From the NCBI GenBank assembly GCA_002269645.1, contig NIVC01003762.1, forward strand, positions 1 through 40,675: a stretch of 40,675 bases of DNA, read 5' to 3'. Every line of letters begins with the position of its first letter. The first letter of the stretch is position 1. The stretch comes from Macrostomum lignano. Its lineage: Eukaryota. The notes under the pieces were generated by a model. That model was not told where the DNA came from, made no database searches, and saw only the letters and a program-made list of their open reading frames with translations. The translations under genes were made by a program, and so were the position numbers. This document shows positions 1 through 39,008 of the stretch, in pieces.

Positions 1-1785
1 AAGGTCAGTACAGCTACAATTAGTCCTATGGGGTCTAGTCAGTTTAAGGTAGTAAGCTAACATTAGTCTATGGGCTCTAGTCAGTTTAAGCGTCAGTACA
101 GCTACATTAGTCTATGGCGTTCTAGTCAGTTTAAGGTCAGTACAGCTACATTTAGTCTATGGGCTTCTAGTCAGTTTAAGGTCAGTACAGCTACATTAGC
201 TCTATGGGGCTCTAGTCAGTTTTAAGGTCAGTACAAGATACATTAGTCTATGGCGGTTCTAGTCGTAGCAGTTTAAGGTGCAGTACTGGCATCATTAGTC
301 TATGGCGGTTCTAAGTCAGTTTTAAGGTCAGTACAGCTACATTAGTCTATGGGGCTCCTAGTCAGTTTAAGGTCAGTACAGCTACATTAGTCTATGGGGC
401 TCTAGTCAGTTTAAGGTCAGTACAGCTACATTAGTCTAGTGGGGCTCTAGTCAGTTTAAGGTCAGTAGCAGCTACATTAGTCTATGGGGCTTTTAGTCAG
501 TTTAAGGTCAGTACAGCTACATTAGTCTATGGGGCTCTAGTCAGTTTAAGGTCAGTACTGCATCATTAGTCTATGGGCTCTAGTCAGTTTAAGGTCAGTA
601 CAGCTACATTAGTCTATGGGGCTCTAGTCAGTTTAAGGTCAGTACAGCTACATTAGTCTATGGGGCTCTAGTCAGTTTAAGGTCAGTACAGCTACATTAG
701 TCTATGGGGCTCTAGTCAGTTTAAGGTCAGTACAGCTACATTAGTCTATGGGCTCTAGTCAGTTTAAGGTCAGTACAGCTACATTAGTCTATGGGGCTCT
801 AGTCAGTTTAAGGTCAGTACAGCTACATTAGTCTATGGCGTTCTAGTCAGTTTAAGGTCAGTACTACATTAGTCTATGGCGGTTCTAGTCAGTTTAAGGT
901 CAGTACAGCTACATTAGTCTATGGCGGTTCTAGTCAGTTTAAGGTCAGTACAGCACATTAGTCTATGGCGGTTCTAGTCAGTTTAAGGTCAGTACAGCTA
1001 CATTAGTCTATGGCGGTTCTAGTCAGTTTAGGTCAGTACAGCTACATTAGTCTATGGGGCTCTAGTCAGTTTAAGGTCAGTACAGCTACATTAGTCTATG
1101 GGGCTCTAGTCAGTTTAAGGTCAGTACAGCTACATTAGTCTATGGGGCTCTAGTCAGTTTAAGGTCAGTACAGCTACATTAGTCTATGGGGCTCTAGTCA
1201 GTTTAAGGTCAGTACAGCTACATTAGTCTATGGGGCTCTAGTCAGTTTAAGGTCAGTACAGCTACATTAGTCTATGGGGCTCTAGTCAGTTTAAGGTCAG
1301 TACAGCTACATTAGTCTATGGGGCTCTAGTCAGTTTAAGGTCAGTACAGCTACATTAGTCTATGGGGCTCTAGTCAGTTTAAGGTCAGTACAGCTACATT
1401 AGTCTATGGGGCTCTAGTCAGTTTAAGGTCAGTACAGCTACATTAGTCTATGGGGCTCTAGTCAGTTTAAGGTCAGTACAGCTACATTAGTCTATGGGGC
1501 TCTAGTCAGTTTAAGGTCAGTACAGCTACATTAGTCTATGGGGCTCTAGTCAGTTTAAGGTCAGTACAGCTACATTAGTCTATGGGGCTCTAGTCAGTTT
1601 AAGGTCAGTACAGCTACATTAGTCTATGGGGCTCTAGTCAGTTTAAGGTCAGTACAGCTACATTAGTCTATGGTCTAGTCACAGTACAGCTACATTAGTC
1701 TATGGGTCTAGTCAGTTTAAGGTCAGTACAGCTACATTAGTCAATGGCGGAATTCTAGTCTGTCTTCTGCTACATTAGTCTATGG
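1..1785. repeat. 44-bp tandem satellite, about 40 copies (intronic, extends past the left edge)
   Basis: Unit aaggtcagtacagctacattagtctatggggctctagtcagttt; no spacers. Confidence 0.98.
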
Positions 1786-1806
1786 CATTTTCTACCCAAT
1801 TTTCAG

Positions 1807-30633
<28,827 letters not shown>

Positions 30634-30767
30634 CTTAGGCGAGTCTTCAGTATATGGAATCGAACAGTGTTTTTGGAAGCGGAATGCACTTGAAAAACGT
30701 ATGACTGAAATGCTTAATTAAAACCTTGATAAACTAAAAGGATAAACAGAAGTTCAAATTTAATAAG

Positions 30768-30781
30768 AATAAAACAATAAA
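30768..30781 (+). terminator. Polyadenylation signals (two AATAAA) of the PKD1-like gene
   Basis: AATAAA about 135-145 nt after the stop codon, followed by T-rich sequence. Confidence 0.55.
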
Positions 30782-31332
30782 TAATTTTTGCAGTTAGAAT
30801 TTGTCTGGCTCATATACTGTATAAACACATCTTTAAAAATTGTCCTTGCAACCAAGAATTCATTTTCACATAAATATGATCTATCAATTTTTCTGTTTAT
30901 TACGCATCCCGCTGGCAAAGAGTTTCTATAAACGTAGATTTTCTTATTTTTGTTTAAAACTGACACAGCCTAGAGAATATTGTAACACTTTTATCTCTTC
31001 TCCAAAATTTTTAAGACTTGCTGCTATGCTACTACTGCCAATAGCTGTTTGCAAAGGCATGCACAATTTAAAAGTAAAATACTTTTCTTAGAGGTTCCCA
31101 AAAACAAGTCTGAATAAAAACACATTGTCAATAACGGTTTTTGAACTGGAAAAAGGATGGACATTTATCTTATCGTACATCCTATATATGCCCTATTTTT
31201 CCTCTATTGAAAATTTTAAAGACGCAAATAAACGAGCAATATTTTTCCTGCATCGCAAAATAGCATCTTTTTTATCAAACTTCTTTGAAGGGACTTGAAG
31301 ATTATTTTTTTATTGGAGTCATGGGGCTTGGC

Positions 31333-31594
31333 GCACTTTAACGACATTGTCACACAACCGGCGAGAGGCATTACTGCCCATTCCGCCGACTCCCCTGAGC
31401 AGCGCACACAAGCGCGCGGATACGTACGCAGTCATACGCGCAGGCACACACTCACACAGGAGTGTACAGCGGCCCTAACTTTATTTATCGTTAGGCATGT
31501 ACACTAACTCCAATTTAATGCGACTGCACTTGGAATCGAGCCTGGGCCGCTGGCCACATAAGAGCGCCGCGCTATACTACTGGGCTACGGCCCC
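31333..31594 (-). mobile_element. tRNA(His-like)-derived SINE family B
   Basis: Minus-strand head GGGGCCGTAGCCCAGTAG...TGTGGCC...GGCTCGATTCC; body shared with 30116-30288. Confidence 0.75.
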
Positions 31595-31621
31595 TTTGAA
31601 GGAACTTTGTGATCTAAGATC

Positions 31622-32220
31622 TTGAGGATCTGGGAGGCTGGCTGCCCAGCCTGAGGATCTGGGAGGCTGGCTGCTCAGCCTGAGGATCTGGGAGGCTGGC
31701 TGCTCAGCCTGAGGATCTGGGAGGCTGGCTGCTCAGCCTGAGGATCTGGAAGGCTGGCTGCTCAGCCTGAGGATCTAGGAGGCTGGCTGCTCAGTCTGAG
31801 GATCTGGGAGGCTGGCTGCTCAGCCTGAGGATCTAGGAAGCTGGCTGCTCAGCCTGAGGATCTAGGAGGCTGGCTGCTCAGCCTGAGGATCTAGGAGGCT
31901 GGCTGCTCAGCCTGAGGATCTAGGAGGCTGGCTGCTCAGCCTGAGGATCTAGGAGGCTGGCTGCTCAGCCTGAGGATCTAGGAGGCTGGCTGCTCAGCCT
32001 GAGGATCTAGGAGGCTGGCTGCTCAGCCTGAGGATCTAGGAGGCTGGCTGCCCAGCCTGAGGATCTAGGAGGCTGGCTGCTCAGCCTGAGGATCTAGGAG
32101 GCTGCCTGCTCAGCCTGAGGATCTGGGAGGCTGGCTGCTCAGCCTGAGGATCTGGGAGGCTGGCTGCTCAGCCTGAGGATCTGGGAGGCTGGCTGCTCAG
32201 CCTGAGGATCTGGAAGGCTG
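31622..32220. repeat. 29-bp minisatellite, about 20 copies, between the 3' ends of PKD1-like and RPS11
   Basis: cctgaggatct(a/g)ggaggctggctgctcag. Confidence 0.98.
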
Positions 32221-32479
32221 CTCTTACGAGTCAGTCAAAGCACCTTGGCGACTCGCCAAGCAAACAACATGCCTCTAAAATGAATGAGCGGAGGCAAAAC
32301 AGAAGCAAAAAAAGCTTTTTTTCAATCCAGTGCGCCAAAGCGAAGGCAGCAAAATCGCAAATTTGCGGACAATTTATTTATATTCACTTTCAACTGATCT
32401 TTTTTCACTCCACGGGAGCCAGAGTCAATATTTTGTCATTAAACGTTAGTTAATCCCATTCCTCATAAGAAATCCACCT

Positions 32480-32926
32480 TTAGAACTTCTGGAAGGAGGT
32501 CTTCTTGCTGCCGCCGCGAGCTTTGCTCACCTTGATGACATTGAATGAGACGGTCTTGCTCAGCGGTCGGCACTCGCCAACCGTCACAATGTCACCGAGC
32601 TCAACGTCGCGAAAGCAGGGCGACAGGTGCACGGACATGTTCTTGTGCCGCTTCTCGTAGCGCTGGTACTTTTGCACAAAGTGCAGATAGTCTCTGCGGA
32701 TCACGATGGTGCGCTGCATCTTCATCTTAGTAACCACGCCCGTGAAGATGCGGCCGCGAATGTGCACGTTGCCAGTGAATGGGCACTTCTTGTCAACGTA
32801 GCTGCCTTCGATGGCTTCGCGCGGCGTCTTGAAGCCCAGGCCGACATTCTTCACGTAGTGATTGCGGCGGCCCTTCTTGCCGCGCACCTCCTGCTTCTGG
32901 AAGGCTCGCTCGTTCAGTTCGGCCAT
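32480..32926 (-). CDS. RPS11: 40S ribosomal protein S11 (uS17), intronless CDS, 148 aa
   Basis: [12 protein letters not shown]...[36 protein letters not shown]...[14 protein letters not shown]...[42 protein letters not shown]; intact frame; AATAAA about 100 nt downstream (plus-strand tttatt 32373-78). Confidence 0.97.
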   Translation of the reverse strand: MAELNERAFQKQEVRGKKGRRNHYVKNVGLGFKTPREAIEGSYVDKKCPFTGNVHIRGRIFTGVVTKMKMQRTIVIRRDYLHFVQKYQRYEKRHKNMSVHLSPCFRDVELGDIVTVGECRPLSKTVSFNVIKVSKARGGSKKTSFQKF

Positions 32927-33002
32927 GCTGTTTTCGTTAGCTTGCCTCGCATGAAGGTGCGAAATTCGATTGAATGCTTTATGCACTAATAGACAATCTG
33001 CC

Positions 33003-33564
33003 TGTACTAAATGTCTAATCCACATGTACTAAACACCTAATTCACCTGTACTAGATGTTCAATCCACCTTTACTAGATGTTTAAGTATCTTCAACAGCTT
33101 AAGTAAGATCCACCTGTACTAAACACCTAATACACCTGTACTGAATACCTAATCCACATGTAATAAACGCCTAATCCACCTGTACTAGATGTTCAATCCA
33201 CCTTTACTAGATGTTTAAGTATCTTAAACAGCTTAAGTAAGATCCACCTGTACTAAACACCTAATACACCTGTACTGAATACCTAATCCACATGTACTAG
33301 ATGTTCAATCCACCTTTACTAGATGTTTAAGTATCTTAAACAGCTTAAGTAAGATCCACCTGTACTAAACACCTAATACACCTGTACTGAATACCTAATC
33401 CACATGTAATAAACGCCTAATCCACCTGTACTAGATGTTCAATCCACCTTTACTAGATGTTTAAGTATCTTAAACAGCTTAAGTAAGATCCACCTGTACT
33501 AAACACCTAATACACCTGTACTGAATACCTAATCCACATGTACTAGATGTTCAATTCACCTTTA
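33003..33564. repeat. Compound tandem repeat with alternating 134/112-bp higher-order units built from about 22-bp subunits
   Basis: gatccacctgtact recurs at 33107, 33241, 33353, 33487. Confidence 0.9.
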
Positions 33565-33676
33565 CTAGTGAATGAAGACGCTGTCGTCTTCAAAGGTGGG
33601 ACGATGGTTTATATTGTGTCCATTATTGTTTATGGCTATGACATCTATTTATTTAACCTAAATTGAGAGCTAAAAA

Positions 33677-36595
33677 GCCCCCCACGCTCCTGGCATTAGT
33701 TAGTCTAGTAATATAGTGGGGGACTGGCCGCCCCCCACGCCCCTGGCATTAGTTAGTCTAGTGGTATAGTGGGGGCTGGCCGCCCCCACGCCCCTGGCAT
33801 TAGTTAGTCTAGTGGTATAGTGGGGGCTGGCCGCCCCCCACGCCCCTGGCATTTGTTAGTCTAGTGGTATAGTGGGGGCTGGCCGCCCCACGCCCCTGGC
33901 ATTTATTAGTCTAGTGGTATAGTGGGGGCTCGCCGCCCCCACGCCCCTGGCATTAGTTAGTCTAAGTGGTATAGTGGGGGCTGGCCACCCCCACGCCCCT
34001 GGCATTAGTTAGTCTAGTGGTATAGTGGGTGGCTGGCCGCCCCCCACGCCCCTGGCATTAGTTAGTCTAGTGGTATAGTGGGGGCTGGCCGCCCCCCACG
34101 CCCCTGGCATTAGTTAGTCTAGTGGTATAGTGGGGGGCTGGCCGCCCCCACGCCCCTGGCATTAGTTAGTCTAGTGGTATAGTGGGGGCTGGCCGCCCCC
34201 CACGCCCCTGGCATTAGTTAGTCTAGTGGTATAGTGGTATAGTGGGGGCTAGCCGCCCCCACGCCCCTGGCATTAGTTAGTCTAGTGGTATAGTGGGGGC
34301 TGGCCGCCCCCCACGCCCCTGGCATTAGTTAGTCTAGTGGTATAGTGGGGGCTGGCCGCCCCCCACGCCCCTGGCATTAGTTAGTCTAGTGGTATAGTGG
34401 GGGGCTGGCCACCCCCACGCCCCTGGCATTAGTTAGTCTAGTGGTATAGTGGGGGCTGGCCACCCCCACGCCCCTGGCATTAGTTAGTCTAGTGGTATAG
34501 TGGGGGGCTGGCCGCCCCCACGCCCCTGGCATTAGTTAGTCTAGTGGTATAGTGGGGGCTGGCCGCCCCCCACGCCCCTGGCATTAGTTAGTCTAGTGGT
34601 ATAGTGGGGGGCTGGCCGCCCCCCACGCCCCTGGCATTAGTTAGTCTAGTGGTATAGTGGGGGGCTGGCCGCCCCCCACGCCCCTGGCATTAGTTAGTCT
34701 AAGTGGTATAGTGGGGGCTGCCGCCCCCACGCCCCTGGCATTAGTTAGTCTAGTGGTATAGTGGTATAGTGGGGGGCTAGCCGCCCCCCACGCCCCTGGC
34801 ATTAGTTAGTCTAGTGGTATAGTGGGGGGCTGGCCGCCCCCCACGCCCCTGGCATTAGTTAGTCTAGTGGTATAGTGGGGGCTGGCCGCCCCCACGCCCC
34901 TGGCATTAGTTAGTCTAGTGGTATAGTGGGGGCTGGCCGCCCCCCACGCCCCTGGCATTTATTAGTCTAGTGGTATAGTGGGGGCTAGCCGCCCCCCACG
35001 CCCCTGGCATTAGTTAGTCTAGTGGTATAGTGGGGGCTGGCCGCCCCCACGCCCCTGGCATTAGTTAGTCTAGTGGTATAGTGGGGGCTGGCCACCCCCC
35101 ACGCCCCTGGCATTAGTTAGTCTAGTGGTATAGTGGGGGCTGGCCACCCCCCACGCCCCTGGCATTAGTTAGTCTAGTGGTATAGTGGGGGGCTGGCCGC
35201 CCCCCACGCCCCTGGCATTAGTTAGTCTAGTGGTATAGTGGGGGCTGGCCGCCCCCCACGCCCCTGGCATTAGTTAGTCTAGTGGTATAGTGGGGGGCTG
35301 GCCGCCCCCACGCCCCTGGCATTAGTTAGTCTAGTGGTATAGTGGGGGCTGGCCGCCCCCACGCCCCTGGCATTAGTTAGTCTAGTGGTATAGTGGGGGC
35401 TGGCCGCCCCCCACGCCCCTGGCATTAGTTAGTCTAGTGGTATAGTGGGGGGCTGGCCGCCCCCACGCCCCTGGCATTAGTTAGTCTAGTGGTATAGTGG
35501 GGGGCTGGCCGCCCCCACGCCCCTGGCATTAGTTAGTCTAGTGGTATAGTGGGGGGCTGGCCCCCCCACGCCCCTGGCATTAGTTAGTCTAGTGGTATAG
35601 TGGGGGGCTGGCCGCCCCCACGCCCCTGGCATTATTAGTCTAGTGGTATAGTGGGGGGCTCGCCGCCCCCACGCCCCTGGCATTAGTTAGTCTAAGTGGT
35701 ATAGTGGGGGCTGGCCGCCCCCCACGCCCCTGGCATTAGTTAGTCTAGTGGTATAGTGGTATAGTGGGGGGCTGGCCGCCCCCACACCCTGGCATTAGTT
35801 AGTCTAGTGGTATAGTAGGGGGCTGGCCGCCCCCCACGCCCCTGGCATTAGTTAGTCTAGTGGTATAGTGGGGGGCTGGCCGCCCCCACGCCCCTGGCAT
35901 TAGTTAGTCTAGTGGTATAGTGGGGGGCTGGCCGCCCCCCACGCCCCTGGCATTAGTTAGTCTAAGTGGTATAGTGGGGGGCTGCCGCCCCCCACGCCCC
36001 TGGCATTAGTTAGTCTAGTGGTATAGTGGGGGCTGGCCACCCCCCACGCCCCTGGCATTAGTTAGTCTAGTGGTATAGTGGGGGCTGGCCGCCCCCACGC
36101 CCCTGGCATTAGTTAGTCTAAGTGGTATAGTGGGGGCTGGCCGCCCCCCACGCCCCTGGCATTAGTTAGTCTAGTGGTATAGTAGGGGGCTGGCCGCCCC
36201 CCACGCCCCTGGCATTTATTAGTCTAGTGGTATAGTGGGGGCTGGCCGCCCCCACGCCCCTGGCATTAGTTTCTCTAGTGGTATAGTGGGGGCTGGCCGC
36301 CCCCACGCCCCTGGCATTAGTTAGTCTAGTGGTATAGTGGGGGCTGGCCGCCCCCACGCCACTGGCATTAGTTAGTCTAGTGGTATAGTGGGGGGCTGGC
36401 CGCCCCCACGCCCCTGGCATTAGTTAGTCTAGTGGTATAGTGGGGGGCTGGCCGCCCCCCACGCCACTGGCATTAGTTAGTCTAGTGGTATAGTGGGGGC
36501 TGGCCGCCCCCACACCCCTGGCATTAGTTTCTCTAGTGGTATAGTGGGGAGTTGGCCGCCCCCACGCCCCTGGCATTAGTTTGTCGAGTGGTATA
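33677..36595. repeat. 52-54-bp GC-rich satellite, about 55 copies
   Basis: cccacgcccctggcattagttagtctagtggtatagtgggggctggccgcc; length varies in the G/C runs. Confidence 0.98.
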
Positions 36596-36599
36596 GTGG

Positions 36600-36905
36600 A
36601 GGGCTGGCCGCCCCCACACCCCCGCTCCCCACCCCTCCCGCGCGTTGTTGTTGGGGAGGGTGGTTGTTGTTGTGGGGTTTGCGTAACGTGGGGCTGCCGC
36701 CCCCACACCCCGCTCCCCCACCCTCCCGCGCGTTGTTGTTGGGGAGGGTGGTTGTTGTTGTGGGGTTTGCGTAACGTGGGGGCTGCCGCCCCCACACCCC
36801 CGCTCCCCCACCCCTCCCGCACATTGTTGTTGGGGAGGGTGGTTGTTGTTGTGGGGTTTGCGTAACGTGGGGGCTGCCGCCCCCACACCCCCGCTCCCCA
36901 CCCCA
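36600..36905. repeat. About 89-bp repeat, 3 full copies plus a partial
   Basis: gccgcccccacacccccgctccccc...ttgttgttggggagggtggttgttgttgtggggtttgcgtaacgtgggg. Confidence 0.93.
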
Positions 36906-37182
36906 CCCCTCCGCAACTTTTCCCACCTCTAACACATCTTTTTAGCATGCTAAAACTGCTTGTAAGCCTTTGGCGACCGCGCAACACATGATACTTGCCG
37001 ATATGTATCGTAATATTCTTTCTGCACTAACAAATCATCTGTGCCGCACTTTCAGCTTCACTCTTACTCTTTAATAAGGTATAGAAGGAAAGGAAAATTA
37101 AACAATCAATATTAAATTATATTCAAGTGAAAGAGAATTGAAAATACTAATAAATCCGTTCCTGCTAAAAAATTAAATATAA

Positions 37183-37270
37183 AAAAAACTTGGCCCACTT
37201 GGGATTCGAACCCGTGTTTAGGCCATTTACAAAGCAACTGCCTTCGGCCCCGATCCATCTCTTACTTAAG
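37183..37270 (-). other. Degenerate tRNA-like / Pol III cassette inside the Helentron
   Basis: Minus strand ...CTTTGTAAAT...GGGTTCGAATCCC-AAGTGGGCCAAG-T8: perfect B box and T-run terminator; A box and cloverleaf are poor. Confidence 0.45.
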
Positions 37271-38730
37271 CGAAGCTCTACAGTGCACGCCGTTTATATC
37301 GAATATTCCCTATGGTAGCCACTTTTACGATTTTTGCTGCTTTTTCATACATTTCTGCTCGCTGCATCGCAGCGCCTTCATCTAAAAATGCGAGTCGCAT
37401 GTCGTTACAGAGATAACATCAAGGCGCATTCATCTAATGCATTTTTAAAGTATGTCAACAAATTTTACGCCTCCTAGGCGCCAAATTGTGCATTTTCACC
37501 TGTTCTGACAGGTATTCAAACAGGTATTAAGACCTATTAACTTAAGAATCAGTTTTCAAAACTAATTTAGTTGCACAGTGCATCCATAGTGCTGTTTTTA
37601 GACACCAAAATTGAGTCTCTAGGCCTTGCCAATGCAGAGTTATTAGCAAAAGTATGCTCAAAATTTGCCCAAAAATAGCCTTCTCAAAATTCGGAGCCAA
37701 TTTTCTCAAAAATACGAATTTTCCAGCCATATTGGCGTATGACCGGTGTAACTTCATCTATTCGACTAAACAATATTGAAAATGCAGAAAAATCGGTGCG
37801 CAAAATTTCTTATTTTTCCACTTCAAAGTTTGTACCCCAAAATGGGCCGTTTTTCACTTAACAGGTAAAAAGTACCTGTTAACAGGGGTTTTTTCAGGAG
37901 TGTCTTATGTCATTCAAAAGGGCATCCGATGGGCTACAATTTGACGCCATACTCGAAAAACTTTGCCCCATTTTAAAAAAATTTCCTTAACAACGTCTGA
38001 TTTTCTGCAGTGCCCCCCGGCCTCTTTTTTCCCTGGTTTTCGGGTCACTGCTCAGCACAGGTAGGTCCAAATGCTTAGAAAATTTAGGAAAACAAATTTC
38101 CATATGTTTGACACATCGTGTTAAAGTCTCACCACTGTAGCATAAAACACTTTTTCAAGTTTGAGGACTACTTTTTTAAAACGTGACCCAATTTTTTGAA
38201 AATGTCGTTTTTAGGCACTCTTTGGCACCTGGGCAGGTTATTGATGGCCCAATAAGCCAAATCTCGATGTTTCCGAATAGAAGACATCTATTTGAGTAAT
38301 TTGGTGTAGAAATATTAAAAAATAAAGTTTTTAATCTCGACGAGATAGGCCTCACAAAAGTGCACTAAAAATTTGTACTTTTAAAGTGCAGATAGGCAGC
38401 CATGTGAAAAGTACATTTTAGCCCTAAAAACTATAGCGCATCAAACAGCCCCAGGTGTTATTGACGCTATGAGGCAGCTCAAAGGCCGCGCTATCGCGCG
38501 TCCTTTTCGCTGCGGTGAGGCAAAGTTGGAAAAAATGCCAATTTTTCGACCTCAAAAAACACGTTTTTTGTACTTTTAGCCTAGACGTTAAAGTACAATA
38601 AAAAAATCCATTTCTGATCATTGTAGCGTTCGAATGCCCGCGTTTACTGAGCCAGCCCGCTAAGCGCTGCCATATTCTCAATCCTTATTTTTTGAGATCA
38701 AAGTTTTTGACAAAGTCGAAAAAACGCAGT

Positions 38731-38771
38731 TTTTGGTTGCCATGGCAACCAAAACGCATTGCCATGGCAAC
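38731..38771. promoter_or_regulatory. Tandem RFX X-box-like palindromes
   Basis: 24-bp perfect palindrome ttttggttgccatggcaaccaaaa (core GTTGCCATGGCAAC, 38736-49) and a second ttgccatggcaac at 38759-71. Confidence 0.45.
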
Positions 38772-39008
38772 CAACTATTGTGCATCCGATAGCGCTAGGT
38801 CTTTGACACATTTTGGCAAAAACCGTTTGTAAATTGGTCGTACCGTTTTTTATTGGCAGCGTTTAAAAGTTGAAAAACGTCATTTTTAGTGTGTGCAACC
38901 ACGTTACATCTTATCAGGGACGATTTCGCAAAAGTAAGCACCATAGAAAAAAATTCTCGCTTCGCTCGCCTTTTTTTCTATACTACTTACTGGCTCATCG
39001 TCCCACAA

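Larger units (their letters stand above)
33565..39008 (-). mobile_element. Non-autonomous Helentron/DINE-1-like Helitron, complete copy (5,444 bp)
   Basis: Minus-strand 5' end TT-GTGGGACGATG (subTIR, plus 38996-39006); 3' end with inverted subTIR (33596-33606), stem-loop GAAGACG-acag-CGTCTTC (33574-91) and CTAG (33565-68); central tandem arrays; no RepHel ORF seen. Confidence 0.75.

Noticed and set aside
1-1785. CRISPR-like appearance of the 44-bp (also 29- and 45-bp) arrays
   Set aside because: No unique spacers, no cas genes, eukaryotic context.
32480-32926. RPS11 as a processed pseudogene
   Set aside because: Intact frame, no genomic poly(A) tail or TSD, own AATAAA; not fully excluded without expression data.
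32927-33025. 33-aa N-terminal extension of RPS11 in the ORF track
   Set aside because: Starts inside a tandem repeat; homology begins at [12 protein letters not shown]; an acceptor-like AG precedes that ATG.
33677-36595. Common origin of the 44-bp and 53-bp satellites (shared cattag, tagtcta, ggggct)
   Set aside because: Matches are only 6-7 nt and not collinear enough to exceed chance.
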